Part shown: positions 1 through 10,817 of the stretch, one piece after another
Position numbering within the stretch: the stretch's first letter is position 1
Layout: each line of letters begins with the position of its first letter
Assembly (NCBI GenBank): GCA_965205605.1
Contig: CBDBHE010000007.1
Location: forward strand, 1-64,000
Source: Spirochaetota bacterium
Lineage (GTDB): Bacteria > Spirochaetota > UBA12135 > COTS27 > CBDBHE01
DNA: 64,000 nt
Reading direction: 5' to 3'
Program-made: the position numbers and the translations under genes
Notes under the pieces: model-generated
Told to the model about the DNA's origin: nothing
Database searches by the model: none
The model's input: only the letters and a program-made list of their open reading frames with translations

Positions 1-1
1 A

Positions 2-941
2 AGTAAAGATAATAATAAAAAATTAAAAAAAATAGGAGCCCCTAACCTTATCAAACAACTGACTAAAAACATTGATTGGAATAAACGAATCATTAAATAC
101 ATTCTGATCGTTTTAATACTCAGCTTTTTAACGCTTGGTTTGATGAACCCTAAATGGGGCAGAAAAAAAAACAATTCTAAATCAAAAAGGAAGAGACCTT
201 ATTCTTTTAATTGACATTAGCAAATCGATGCTAACAGAAGACATTACCCCAAGTCGACTTGAAAAAGTAAAAATAAAGCTGAATCAATTTATCAACAAAC
301 TCAAAAATGAACGCGTAGGAATTGTGCTTTTTGCTGGATCTTCTTTTGTTTTTTGTCCCTTGACTCTCGATCATGGGGCTTTAAAATTATACCTTAATCA
401 TATTGCAGTAAACCTTATTCAAAACCAAGGAACGTCTTTAGCAGATGCACTTAAAACAGCAAAAAGCTGCTTTGATCCAAAAGAAAAAACTCACAAAGCG
501 ATTATTTTACTGACAGATGGTGAAAATCATGAAAAAGGTGTTATAAAAACGGCAAAAGAATGCTATAAAGAAAATATTCGGATTTTTATTGCTGGTATTG
601 GCAATCCAAAAGGAGAATTGATTCCTATTAAAAACCAAAATGGAGAAATCATCGAATATTTAAAAAACCAGCAAGGAAATCTTGTTGTTTCAAAATTAAA
701 TGAAGACCTTCTTAAAAAAATTGCCCAATTATCTAAAGGAAAATATTATAATTTTTCCTCAAATAAATTTATTTTGGACACCATCTATAAGAATATTCAA
801 TCAATTGAAAGAAAATCATTTGGCTCTAGGGAAATCAAACAAAAAGCTAGTCAATACCAATTTTTTATCTCAATTGTCATTATTTTATTAGTCATAGAAA
901 CTTATTTAAAAGAAACCAAGAAAAATCCATTAAAAAAATGA
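2..941 (+). CDS. batB: BatB-like VWA domain membrane protein; 5'-truncated by the window, apparent +1 frameshift in the A9 run at 163-171
   Basis: The frame from position 2 reads ...ILIVLILSFLTLGLMNPKWGRKK. The frame of ORF 228..941 continues TILNQKGRDLILLIDISKSMLTED (MIDAS DxSxS), then PLTLD, LLTDGE and a C-terminal TM. Followed by batC/D/E-like genes. Confidence 0.8.
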
Positions 942-1615
942 AGCTTCATTTTAAAATATTTTTTTTTCTTTGTTTCATGCTTTGGGTTTTCCCTCAAAAC
1001 GTATTTTGTTTTTGGGAAATCCTAAAGCACCAAAACCAAAAAGGACAAAAATATTATGAAGAAAAGCAATATCAACAAGCTATAAAAGAATACCAAAAAC
1101 TTTTAAAAAAAGACAAAAACAATCCCTTTTTATCTTACAACATAGCCAGTAGTTATTATCAGTTGAATGCTTTTGATCAAGCTATTTTAAACTATGAAAA
1201 AGCACTTATTAATTCCACTGAAAATTTCAAAAGTCAAGTTTATTACAATTTAGGTAATGCTTATTTTAAACAAAAAAATTATCAAAAAGCTATAGAAAAT
1301 TACATTAAAAATTTAAATTTAAATAATGAAGATTTACAAACTAAAATTAATTTAGAACTAGCCCTAAAACAATTAAAAAAACAAAATTCCTCCAAAGAAG
1401 ATCCTTCAAATCAAAAAAAAAATAAAGAAAAGAGTCAGCCACAAAAAAAAAGCTCTAAATCAAAAAAAACAAAACCTAATGATGCCAAACAAAAAGAAAA
1501 AAAAATTCCTCTAGAAAATGCCGAAGAAATTTTAAAAGCTCTTGAAAAAAAAAATCAAAAAATGTTCTATCAAAACAAAAAATCAAAAGGAAGCCATCTT
1601 GATAAAAATTGGTAA
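938..1615 (+). CDS. batC: BatC-like TPR protein
   Basis: Signal peptide, TPR motifs (YNIASSYY, YYNLGNAYFK, NLELA), Lys/Gln-rich linker and AEEILKAL...DKNW C-terminus typical of BatC; overlaps the batB stop. Confidence 0.75.
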   Translation: MKLHFKIFFFLCFMLWVFPQNVFCFWEILKHQNQKGQKYYEEKQYQQAIKEYQKLLKKDKNNPFLSYNIASSYYQLNAFDQAILNYEKALINSTENFKSQVYYNLGNAYFKQKNYQKAIENYIKNLNLNNEDLQTKINLELALKQLKKQNSSKEDPSNQKKNKEKSQPQKKSSKSKKTKPNDAKQKEKKIPLENAEEILKALEKKNQKMFYQNKKSKGSHLDKNW

Positions 1616-3329
1616 TCATTTAATTTTTAAAATTATTTTCTTACTTCCTATCAGTTTTTTAACTTTATGTGCTGAAAAAGAAAATATTTTTTTCTCAAAA
1701 AAAAAAATTAATTTTAACGAAACCATCGAAATAACCATCTCAGTGATCAATAAAAAAACTGATATTCAGTTTCAAAGTGATGACTTCAAGCTTCTCCCTC
1801 AAAAAAAAGAAACAACTCATCTTTCTTTAATCAATAATCAACTAACTCGAGAAAAAACAATCATTTACACACTAAAGCCTCTTAAAAAAGGAAAATGCTT
1901 TTTAAGTATTTTCATCAATAAAAAAAAAAAAGGTCCTTTTGAAATCACCGTTTCAAGTAGCCCCAAAGAAGGAAAATCAAGTCCTTCTCAAAGCTTGGAA
2001 AAAAATCAAACGGTTATCATTAAAAACATTCCTTCAAAGAAAAACTTTTATATTAATGAGGGTATTACTGTCACAACTTTAATTTTCTATAAAATAAACA
2101 TCGAAAATCCTAGAATTTTAAAAGAAGATGATTTGAATGGATTTAACGTAGAAAAAATTACTTTAGAAAAACCAAACCCCTCAAAAAAACAACTGATAAA
2201 CGAAGAACCTTATCAAGTTTCCATAGGAAGAAAACGCTTGATTTATCCTCATTATCCAGGTAAATTTCAAATTAAAGGAGGGGAATTTTTAATAGAAAAA
2301 TCAAGTTTTTTCCTTTCTTCTGCTGGGGAAATTAAAGTGAAAGCTTCTGATATGACCTTAAGCGTCTTGCCATTACCAAAAAAAAATAAACCTAAAGCCT
2401 TTCAAAATGCAGTCGGTGATTTTTCAATTGAAATGAGTCCTTTTAAAAAAGAAATCCAAAACAATCAACCTATTAACATTAAACTCACTGTTTTTGGAAA
2501 AGGTAATTTTAAAAACTTAATGATGCCAGAAATCATTGTTGTAGAAAAACAAACTCTCATTAAAAAATCAAAAATAAAAGATAATTTTAAACCTACTGAA
2601 AATGGTTATGAAGGAGAAATATCAATCCAATACTTTTTGATCCCCCAAGATCAAAAAACAATCACTATTGAGAAAATTGATTTTTCTTTTTTTTCTTTAA
2701 AAAAAAAAAAATATATCCAATTGAAAATTCCTCAAAAAACAATCAATATTCTAACAAATCCAACAAATCTTTCAAAAAGTCTAACAAACCATTTAAGCCT
2801 TCAGACAAATAAATCCCAAAGCATTCACTATCTCTATACAGAAAATTTAAATAAAAAACCCTTCAAAAAACCTTTTTTTTCTACTTTTACCAAGGGCATA
2901 CATTTATTAAGTTTTTTAGTTTTAACCTTTGCTTTTTACTCGAAAACAAAAAAACAAAAAAATAAAAATTTAGAGGAAACTAGTCTTTTTATAAAAGAAA
3001 GCCGCTCTTCTATTTTTAAGCAAGCTGAGTTTTTATTCAAAGATCTTTTAGTGAAAAACAAATCTCAAGAATTTTTAAAACAAAGTCAAAAAATCATTTT
3101 TACTTATTTAACTAAAAAATTTCAACTAGAAAAAGGAACCTCCACCTACAAAATAAAACAAGATCTCAAAATCAAGCAAGCCCCAAAACAAGCTCTCGAT
3201 TTACTTTCAAAAATTAACTTGTATCAAAAAATTCTCTTCTCTCCTAACAAACAATCTATTACACTAAAGCAAGAAATCAATAAATGCCTAAATTTGATTA
3301 AATCAATTGAGGAACAAAAAAAGATATGA
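1542..3329 (+). CDS. batD: BatD family protein (true start probably nearer 1610)
   Basis: VLPLP...FQNAVGDF and GKGNF motifs of BatD Ig-like modules, late TM segment, position in the bat operon. Confidence 0.75.
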   Translation: MKKKIKKCSIKTKNQKEAILIKIGNHLIFKIIFLLPISFLTLCAEKENIFFSKKKINFNETIEITISVINKKTDIQFQSDDFKLLPQKKETTHLSLINNQLTREKTIIYTLKPLKKGKCFLSIFINKKKKGPFEITVSSSPKEGKSSPSQSLEKNQTVIIKNIPSKKNFYINEGITVTTLIFYKINIENPRILKEDDLNGFNVEKITLEKPNPSKKQLINEEPYQVSIGRKRLIYPHYPGKFQIKGGEFLIEKSSFFLSSAGEIKVKASDMTLSVLPLPKKNKPKAFQNAVGDFSIEMSPFKKEIQNNQPINIKLTVFGKGNFKNLMMPEIIVVEKQTLIKKSKIKDNFKPTENGYEGEISIQYFLIPQDQKTITIEKIDFSFFSLKKKKYIQLKIPQKTINILTNPTNLSKSLTNHLSLQTNKSQSIHYLYTENLNKKPFKKPFFSTFTKGIHLLSFLVLTFAFYSKTKKQKNKNLEETSLFIKESRSSIFKQAEFLFKDLLVKNKSQEFLKQSQKIIFTYLTKKFQLEKGTSTYKIKQDLKIKQAPKQALDLLSKINLYQKILFSPNKQSITLKQEINKCLNLIKSIEEQKKI

Positions 3330-4123
3330 AGGGGAAAATTTTTTTTATTTATTTTATTTATTTATTTTTATTTCATTTAAATGCAGAAAGCTTTTGGGGA
3401 AAACAATTTCCTGAGCAATATTTTGCTGAAGCTCATCAATATTATAAAAATCAACAATATCAAGATGCCGTTAGAATTTATACTGATTTACTTAAAGAAT
3501 TTCCAAATCACTTTGGACTTTATTATAATTTAGCAAATACTCACTTTAAAATTCACAAACAAATTAATCAAACCAATCAACATTTAGCTCACGCTATTTA
3601 TTTTTATCAAAAAACAATTGAAACTAATCCTAACTTTACAAATGCAATCCAAAATCTACAAACTACCATGCTTCATGTGAGCAATAATTACGAAACCATC
3701 AAACTTTATCAACCCACTCCATGGTATCTATTGTTTTCGTTTTCAGATAAGATGAATCAAATTCTTTTAAATATTTTATTTTTATTGGTTTGTATTTTAA
3801 TGAGTTTTTTAATCTTAAAAAGAAGAAAAAAAGGTTATAAAATAGCCATTATTTTATTAAGTATGTTGTATTTAGTTTTAATCACGAATAAAATTTCTGC
3901 TTATTATTTTTTAAAAAAAAGTAATTTTTCAAACAAAAAAATTATTGGTTTAAAAAGTGCTTTTCTAAAAAAAGAACCTTTAGAAACCTCTGAAAATGAA
4001 TTTGAACTGCACGAAGGAAACCTTGTCACCATTCTTAAAAAAGAAGATCTTTGGTATTTAGTGACGCTACCAAATGGACAAAGTGGATGGATTGAAGATA
4101 AAGCTTTTTTACGTATTGATTAA
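3326..4123 (+). CDS. batE: BatE-like TPR + TM + SH3b protein
   Basis: N-terminal TPR (YYNLANTHFK), two TM helices, C-terminal FELHEG...W..V.LPNGQSGWI SH3b signature. Confidence 0.75.
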   Translation: MKGKIFFIYFIYLFLFHLNAESFWGKQFPEQYFAEAHQYYKNQQYQDAVRIYTDLLKEFPNHFGLYYNLANTHFKIHKQINQTNQHLAHAIYFYQKTIETNPNFTNAIQNLQTTMLHVSNNYETIKLYQPTPWYLLFSFSDKMNQILLNILFLLVCILMSFLILKRRKKGYKIAIILLSMLYLVLITNKISAYYFLKKSNFSNKKIIGLKSAFLKKEPLETSENEFELHEGNLVTILKKEDLWYLVTLPNGQSGWIEDKAFLRID

Positions 4124-5284
4124 ACGAGTTTTTCTGATTCCCTCTCCACTAGAGATTTTGTCTAACAACTCTTGAGAAGGCCTATTTTGAAGATCAATAA
4201 CCGTATAAGCAATATCATCTCTACTTTGACTGACCATATCAACAATATTGAGGTCTTCTTGACCTAAAAATTCGGAAATAAAATTAATCATTTTTGGCAC
4301 ATTGTCATGAATAACGGTTAAACGAAAACAGTTTTCTCTAAAAAACAAATTAAGATTAGGGAGATTAACTGAGTTTGTGATATTACCTGTGATTAAATAT
4401 TGATAGATTTGTTCACAAGCCATTAAAGCACAATTATTTTCTGCTTCTTTTGTCGAAGCTCCTAAATGAGGAATCAATAGCGTATTTTCAAGACCAAGTA
4501 GTTTTTCATCAACAAAGTCAGTGATATAATAAGCTACTTTTTTTTCTTTAATTGATTTTATCAAGTCTTGATAAGAAACAATATCTCTTCTAGAAAAGTT
4601 AAGTAGCTTGACACCATCTTTCATTTTAGAAAGAAGACGATCACTAATATATTCTTTTGTACTGGGAGTAGATGGGATGTGAAAGGTTAAATAATCTGAT
4701 TTTTTCAAGATTTCATTGATATCAGCTGACTGTTTGGCATGAGAGGGAATATCCCAAGCGTTTTTGACAGACATATATGGATCATACCCCAAGACTTCCA
4801 TTCCAAGAGCAAGAGCAGCTTGAGCCACTTTAACACCAATGGTTCCCAGTCCGATAACGCCTAGTGTTTTATTTGCTATTTCTTGACCAGCAAATTCTTT
4901 TTTGATTTGCTCAACTGATTTACTTATATTTTCTTTTTTTTCTTCTTTTAAATTTAAAATGAAGTTAATCCCTTCATAAATTTTTCTAGAAGAAAGCAAA
5001 AGAGAAGCAATCACGAGTTCTTTAACTGCATTGGCATTGGCCCCTGGAGTATTAAGCACAACGATGCCTTTTTTAGAGCAAATTTCAAGAGGAATATTAT
5101 CGATTCCCATTCCAGCACGACCAATGGCTAAAAGATTGTCTCCGATTTCTTCTTGCTTTAAAAAGTGACTTCTTAAAACAATTGCTTCAGGATTATCTAA
5201 TTTTGAAGTAATTTTCAACCCTTTTCTTTCTAAAAAAACGATCCCACTATTTGCAATTTTATTATAAGTTTTAACAGAATACAT
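4109..5284 (-). CDS. serA: D-3-phosphoglycerate dehydrogenase with C-terminal ACT domain
   Basis: GRAGMGIDNIP, NTPGANANAVKE, Rossmann GLGTIG, PHLGAST and ACT HDNVP motifs. Confidence 0.9.
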   Translation of the reverse strand: MYSVKTYNKIANSGIVFLERKGLKITSKLDNPEAIVLRSHFLKQEEIGDNLLAIGRAGMGIDNIPLEICSKKGIVVLNTPGANANAVKELVIASLLLSSRKIYEGINFILNLKEEKKENISKSVEQIKKEFAGQEIANKTLGVIGLGTIGVKVAQAALALGMEVLGYDPYMSVKNAWDIPSHAKQSADINEILKKSDYLTFHIPSTPSTKEYISDRLLSKMKDGVKLLNFSRRDIVSYQDLIKSIKEKKVAYYITDFVDEKLLGLENTLLIPHLGASTKEAENNCALMACEQIYQYLITGNITNSVNLPNLNLFFRENCFRLTVIHDNVPKMINFISEFLGQEDLNIVDMVSQSRDDIAYTVIDLQNRPSQELLDKISSGEGIRKTRLINT

Positions 5285-5340
5285 TACTAATCTTATCCTT
5301 TAAAAAGAATTAATTTTTTATAAAAAAACAGATTTTTATC

Positions 5341-6177
5341 TCATGAAACAAAAAAAAAGCCTTCAGCAACATTGGTGACTTCGCCTTTCATCAAAACATT
5401 TTTAGTTTCTTTCTGCCAATTAATTTCCAAATCTCCACCTAAAAGCTTTACTTTTTTGTTATTTTCTTTTATTTTACCATTAAAAATACTTGCAACAACC
5501 ACTGCACATGCTCCCGTTCCACAGCTTTTTGTTTCTCCACACCCTCTTTCCCATACACGGACTTCAAGGGCATTTTTTTTAAGATCATAAAAAACATATT
5601 CAACATTTGTTTTATTAGGAAAAAAAGCTTGATAATTTTCAACATTTTTCCCTTCTTTATGGTAATCAAAAGAAAAATCATCTACAAAACAAACCGCGTG
5701 AGGATTGCCCATAGAAACATAAAAATAGTGTCTTCCTTTCATTTCAAAAAAAGATCGTTCTTTCCCTTTAAAGTTTTCATCTCCAAAAAGAGGCACTCCC
5801 ATATCCACACAAACATAAGCTTGATTTTCTAAGTAAGACAAAATTTCAACGACTTTTTCACCACTATCTGTTTCGAATCGATTTTTTTTCTTAATGGTTT
5901 TTTTTTTATCAAAAACATATTTTCCAAGACAGCAAATGGCATTGCCACACATTTCAGCCAAGCTACCATCTTGATTGTAAACTCTCATCTTAAAATCAGC
6001 GGTAAACGACTTTTCTAAAAAAACAACCCCATCAACCCCTAAGCCATAAGAAGTAGAACAAATTTTTTGGATTAAATGAGTCTTATTACTTTTAAAAATA
6101 CTTGCATCTTCTAAATTTTCTAAAATTAAGAAACTATTACCCGTTCCTTGCATTTTACTAAATGGAATTTTTTTCAT
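5341..6177 (-). CDS. dapF: Diaminopimelate epimerase
   Basis: FSKMQGTGN, EMCGNAI, SMGNPH, ERGCGETKSCGTGA motifs. Confidence 0.95.
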   Translation of the reverse strand: MKKIPFSKMQGTGNSFLILENLEDASIFKSNKTHLIQKICSTSYGLGVDGVVFLEKSFTADFKMRVYNQDGSLAEMCGNAICCLGKYVFDKKKTIKKKNRFETDSGEKVVEILSYLENQAYVCVDMGVPLFGDENFKGKERSFFEMKGRHYFYVSMGNPHAVCFVDDFSFDYHKEGKNVENYQAFFPNKTNVEYVFYDLKKNALEVRVWERGCGETKSCGTGACAVVVASIFNGKIKENNKKVKLLGGDLEINWQKETKNVLMKGEVTNVAEGFFFVS

Positions 6178-6262
6178 TTATAAACAAAATTATATTTTAG
6201 GGAGGGTGGAAAATCAATCAAAATAAAAAAAGATAGCTATTTACTTGAAACAACTCATTTTA

Positions 6263-6325
6263 TTGATTGACAAAAATATGAAGGTTTATAATAATTAAAA
6301 GTTATGATTATAAATAAAAAAGGAG
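6263..6325 (+). promoter_or_regulatory. Putative sigma70 promoter and RBS of sdhCAB
   Basis: TTGATT (6263) and TTGACA (6267) hexamers, TATAATAAT at 6287-6295 (17-18 bp spacing options), AAGGAG RBS just upstream of ATG 6331. Confidence 0.5.
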
Positions 6326-6330
6326 TTTGA

Positions 6331-6990
6331 ATGGGTTATTCTTTTTCATCATCAAATATAGGCAGAAAAGTTATTATGTCTCTTACAGGCATTGCGCTTA
6401 TCTTTTTTTTAATTGCTCATTTAGCAGGGAATCTTCTTCTTTATGTTAGCAAAGACGTTTTCAACCTCTATTCTCATAAATTAACAAGCAATCCTTTTAT
6501 TTATGTATTAGAAGCCATCTTATTATTAGGTTTTTTGACTCATGTATACGAAGGAATTGTTTTATCAATTAAAAGCAAAAAAGCAAGGGGGAAAAGCTAT
6601 AAAGTAAAAAAAACGTTTGGAAAAAGCAATTTACTTTCTTCTAATATGCTTTTATCAGGTTCGATTATTTTTATTTTTTTAGTTTTACATATTAAATCAT
6701 TTAAATTTGGAGAATCTATCTACTATGAAATAAATGAGCAAAAGATTAGAGATCTTTATACGATAGTTGTTGAGCATTTTCAAAGTCCTATTTATTCATT
6801 GTTTTATCTTTTAGCGATTAGTCTTCTTAGTGCTCATCTCATTCATGGTAGTCTTAGTGCATGGAAAACTTTAGGAGTACACAATAAAAAATATGCCAAA
6901 ATGATTCGAAACATAGGCATTATTTTTTCTGTTTTTATATGGAGTGGATTTTCAAGTATTCCTTTATATTTTTTACTTTTTCACTCATAG
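6331..6990 (+). CDS. sdhC: Succinate dehydrogenase/fumarate reductase cytochrome b558 subunit
   Basis: SNIGRKVIMSLTG, HLAGNL, five TM helices with haem-ligand His; first gene of the sdh operon. Confidence 0.92.
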   Translation: MGYSFSSSNIGRKVIMSLTGIALIFFLIAHLAGNLLLYVSKDVFNLYSHKLTSNPFIYVLEAILLLGFLTHVYEGIVLSIKSKKARGKSYKVKKTFGKSNLLSSNMLLSGSIIFIFLVLHIKSFKFGESIYYEINEQKIRDLYTIVVEHFQSPIYSLFYLLAISLLSAHLIHGSLSAWKTLGVHNKKYAKMIRNIGIIFSVFIWSGFSSIPLYFLLFHS

Positions 6991-7005
6991 AATAAGGATT
7001 AAAAG

Positions 7006-8922
7006 ATGAAAATAGATTCTAAAGTACCAAGTGGTCCCATTGAAAAAAAATGGGAAAAACATAAGTTTGATTTAAAACTGATTAATCCTGCTAATAAAAG
7101 AAAATATGAAATCATTGTTGTAGGAGCAGGTCTAGCGGGATCGGCTGCGGCGAGTAGCTTAGCTGAGCTTGGATATAATGTAAAACTATTTTTTCTCCAT
7201 GACAGTCCTAGAAGGGCTCATTCTATTGCAGCGCAAGGGGGGATTAATGCTGCTAAAAATTATCAAAATGATGGCGATAGTGTTTGGCGTCTTTTTTACG
7301 ACACCGTTAAAGGAGGTGATTACAGATCTAGAGAAGCCAATGTCTATAGGCTAGCTGAAGTTTCAAATAATATTATTGATCAATGTGTGGCTCAAGGAGT
7401 CCCTTTTGCCAGGGAATATAGTGGGCTTTTAGACAATCGTTCTTTTGGTGGAGCTCAAGTTTCAAGGACATTTTATGCTAGAGGTCAAACAGGTCAGCAG
7501 CTTTTGTTAGGAGCTTATAGTGCTCTTAATCGTCAAATTAAAGCCAAAAAAATAACGTCTTATCATAAGAAAGAAATGATTGATCTTTTAATTTCTGATA
7601 ATATGGCAAGAGGTATTGTTACAAGAGACCTTATTACCGGGAAAATAGAATCTCATCTCGCTCATGCGGTCATGCTTTGTACAGGTGGATATGGGAATGT
7701 GTATTATCTTTCAACAAATGCGATGAACTGTAACGTCACTGCTGCTTATCGTTGTTATAAAAGAGGGGCTGGATTTGCCAACCCATGTTTTACTCAAATT
7801 CACCCAACGTGTATTCCTGTTTCAGGAGACTATCAGTCAAAACTAACTCTTATGAGTGAATCTCTTAGGAATGACGGTCGTGTTTGGGTCCCTAAAAATT
7901 CTAAAGATAGAAAAAAACACCCAAACCAAATTAAAGAAAGGGATCGAGATTATTATTTAGAAAGGCGTTACCCTAGTTTTGGAAATTTAGTTCCAAGAGA
8001 CGTAGCTTCTAGAGCCGCAAAACAAATGTGTGATGATGGGAAAGGAGTGGGAAGCACTGGACTTTCTGTTTATCTTGATTTTGAAGAAGCTATTAAACGA
8101 TATGGTCAAAAAGCCATTTCAGATAAATATGGCAACTTGTTTGAAATGTATGAAAGAATTACCGATAAAAATCCGTATAATGTCCCGATGGAGATTTATC
8201 CTGCTGTACACTATACAATGGGGGGAGTTTGGGTTGACTACAATTTAATGAGTACAATTGATGGACTATTTGTGCTTGGAGAAGCCAATTTCTCAGATCA
8301 CGGGGCAAATCGACTAGGAGCTAGTGCTTTAATGCAGGGACTTGCTGATGGGTATTTTATTGTTCCCTCAACGATTGGTGGGTATTTAGGCTCTAGGGAA
8401 TTTAAACCTGTATCAAAAGACCTCAGTTATTTCAAAAAAACTGAAAAAGAAGCAGAAAATAAAATTAAAAAACTTTTGAATTTAAAAGGAAAAAAGCCTA
8501 TTGATGATTTTCACAGAGAACTTGGAAAAGTGATGTGGGATTATTGTGGCATGTCTCGAAATGAAAAAGGGCTAAAAAAAGCACTTAAAATTATCCCTGA
8601 AATTAGAGAGCGATTTTGGAGAGAAGCCGCCGTTTACGGAGATCAAAAAACAATCAATCAAACTCTTGAAAAAGCAGGTCGAATTGCTGATTTTTTAGAA
8701 TTCGCTGAAATGATGTGTTTGGATGCTCTTGAAAGAAAAGAATCCTGCGGAGGACACTTTAGAGAAGAATACCAAACCAAAGAAAATGAAGCCAAACGTA
8801 ATGACAAAGATTATGCCGAAGCTTTCATTTGGGAATATCAAGGAGACAATAAAAAACCTAAAAAACACAAAGAGGATCTTAAATTTGAAAACGTCAAACT
8901 TACTCAAAGGAGTTATAAATGA
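7006..8922 (+). CDS. sdhA: Succinate dehydrogenase/fumarate reductase flavoprotein subunit
   Basis: GAGLAG FAD fold, [10 protein letters not shown] covalent FAD His motif, HYTMGG, HGANRLG. Confidence 0.96.
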   Translation: MKIDSKVPSGPIEKKWEKHKFDLKLINPANKRKYEIIVVGAGLAGSAAASSLAELGYNVKLFFLHDSPRRAHSIAAQGGINAAKNYQNDGDSVWRLFYDTVKGGDYRSREANVYRLAEVSNNIIDQCVAQGVPFAREYSGLLDNRSFGGAQVSRTFYARGQTGQQLLLGAYSALNRQIKAKKITSYHKKEMIDLLISDNMARGIVTRDLITGKIESHLAHAVMLCTGGYGNVYYLSTNAMNCNVTAAYRCYKRGAGFANPCFTQIHPTCIPVSGDYQSKLTLMSESLRNDGRVWVPKNSKDRKKHPNQIKERDRDYYLERRYPSFGNLVPRDVASRAAKQMCDDGKGVGSTGLSVYLDFEEAIKRYGQKAISDKYGNLFEMYERITDKNPYNVPMEIYPAVHYTMGGVWVDYNLMSTIDGLFVLGEANFSDHGANRLGASALMQGLADGYFIVPSTIGGYLGSREFKPVSKDLSYFKKTEKEAENKIKKLLNLKGKKPIDDFHRELGKVMWDYCGMSRNEKGLKKALKIIPEIRERFWREAAVYGDQKTINQTLEKAGRIADFLEFAEMMCLDALERKESCGGHFREEYQTKENEAKRNDKDYAEAFIWEYQGDNKKPKKHKEDLKFENVKLTQRSYK

Positions 8923-9662
8923 AATTAAAACTCAAAATCTGGAAACAAAATACTAAAGATTCAAAAGGAAAATTAGTTTCTTACGTTCTAAGTAACATTA
9001 AAAAAGACATGTCTTTTTTAGAAATGCTTGATGTTTTAAATGACAAACTTGAAAGAGAAGGTAAAGAAGCTATTGCTTTTGATCATGATTGTAGAGAAGG
9101 TATTTGTGGGACTTGCTCCTTAATGATTAATGGAAAACCTCACGGGGGACAAAAAAAAACAGCAACTTGCCAGCTTCATATGCGTCATTTTCAAGATGGT
9201 CAAATCGTCGTCATCGAACCTTTTAGAGCAAAAGCTTTTCCTGTTTTAAAAGATTTAATAGTTGATCGAGGTGCTTTTGATAAAATTCAACAAGCAGGAG
9301 CATATACTTCTGTCAACACAGGATCCGCTCCTGATGCTAATTCTATTATCATTGAAAAAAGAAAAGCAGATCAAGCCTTTGATGCTGCTGCTTGTATCGG
9401 TTGTGGAGCGTGTGTGGCAGCTTGTAAAAATGCTTCGGCAATGCTTTTTGTTTCAGCAAAAGTATCCCAATATGCCCTCCTTCCCCAAGGACAATTAGAA
9501 GCCAAAAGCCGTGTTTTAAAGATGGTCAAAACCATGGACGAACAACAATTCGGCCACTGCACAAATGAAAAAGAATGCGAGGCTGCTTGTCCTAAAGAAA
9601 TTAGAGCTGATAACATTATCAAATTGAATCAAGAATACCTAAAAGCTTCTTTTCTTGGATGA
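8919..9662 (+). CDS. sdhB: Succinate dehydrogenase/fumarate reductase Fe-S subunit
   Basis: [10 protein letters not shown] (2Fe-2S), [11 protein letters not shown] and [10 protein letters not shown] clusters. Confidence 0.96.
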   Translation: MKLKLKIWKQNTKDSKGKLVSYVLSNIKKDMSFLEMLDVLNDKLEREGKEAIAFDHDCREGICGTCSLMINGKPHGGQKKTATCQLHMRHFQDGQIVVIEPFRAKAFPVLKDLIVDRGAFDKIQQAGAYTSVNTGSAPDANSIIIEKRKADQAFDAAACIGCGACVAACKNASAMLFVSAKVSQYALLPQGQLEAKSRVLKMVKTMDEQQFGHCTNEKECEAACPKEIRADNIIKLNQEYLKASFLG

Positions 9663-9699
9663 GTAAGGGTTATTTTAATTTTCTATCAAGTTTGAAAAA

Positions 9700-10797
9700 T
9701 TAAATTTGTTTTTTGCGATTACTAACAAAGTTTTCAATCATAAATCTTCCTAAATTATCCACAGAAGAATAAAATGCTTTTCCTCGATTCACTTCAGAAA
9801 GTTTTTTAATAAAATCCTTGAGCTCAGAATCTTGAGCAATCATAAAATTAGTAATTGAAATCTTTCTTTTACGACATAAAATAGCTTCATCTAAAGTTTT
9901 ACTTACAATCATAGGGTCTAGACCAAAGGAGTTTTTATAATACTTCCCCTCTGCCACTTTTAACATCGTTGGCTTGCCATCAGTAATCATTAAAATTTGT
10001 TTGTTTTTTTGCTTTTTTTTAACAAGAACCTCTCTTGCCACTTTAAGAGCCATTTGAGTATTTGTATGATAAGGCCCAACGCTTATGTAAGGAATTTCAC
10101 TTATCGAAATTTCTTTAGCATCATCTCCAAAAACAATCACTGTTAAATCATCTTTAGGATATTTTGACAAGACTAAATGAACAAAAGCAAGAGCTACTTG
10201 TTTAGCAGGAGTAATCCGATCTTCCCCGTATAAAATCATAGAATGCGAAATATCAATTAAAAGTGCTGTCGCACAACTTGATCCTGTTTCTTTTTGATAC
10301 ACTTCTAAATCTTCTTCTTTAAGAGAAAGATCAAAGTTGACATCTCTTTTAATTGTGTTTAATAAAGAAGCCGTAACATCAACAGAGTCAAAATCATCTC
10401 CAAAAGCATATTTTTTTTTCTCAGGTAACAAGTCTTCCACTTCTTTTTTTGCAAAAGGATTTTGATGCTCTCCATCATCTCTACTTTTAGCCATCTTTTG
10501 GAAAATTTCATTAAAAGCTTTTTCACGAAGATTTTTTTCTCCTTTAAAAGACATTTTAAGTGAACCTTTTGAGTCAAAATTAACCAAACCTTTCTCTAAA
10601 AGTCTTTTTTTAAAATCTTCTAAATTTAAATTTGAATCAATATAACCACCTGACTGTAAATTTTCTAACAATTCTAAAGCTTTTTTAACCTCTCCCCCTA
10701 AGCTCATAAGAAGATAATTATAAATTTCATTTAATTTTTTAAAATTAGAAATAGTTTCTAAAAAAGTACTATCGAGTTTTTTATAATGAAATTGCAC
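9700..10797 (-). CDS. VWA domain protein, partner of the upstream AAA+ ATPase
   Basis: [26 protein letters not shown]; conserved [11 protein letters not shown] motif. Confidence 0.85.
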   Translation of the reverse strand: MQFHYKKLDSTFLETISNFKKLNEIYNYLLMSLGGEVKKALELLENLQSGGYIDSNLNLEDFKKRLLEKGLVNFDSKGSLKMSFKGEKNLREKAFNEIFQKMAKSRDDGEHQNPFAKKEVEDLLPEKKKYAFGDDFDSVDVTASLLNTIKRDVNFDLSLKEEDLEVYQKETGSSCATALLIDISHSMILYGEDRITPAKQVALAFVHLVLSKYPKDDLTVIVFGDDAKEISISEIPYISVGPYHTNTQMALKVAREVLVKKKQKNKQILMITDGKPTMLKVAEGKYYKNSFGLDPMIVSKTLDEAILCRKRKISITNFMIAQDSELKDFIKKLSEVNRGKAFYSSVDNLGRFMIENFVSNRKKQI

Positions 10798-10817
10798 GCT
10801 TTTTTTATAAACCTTTT

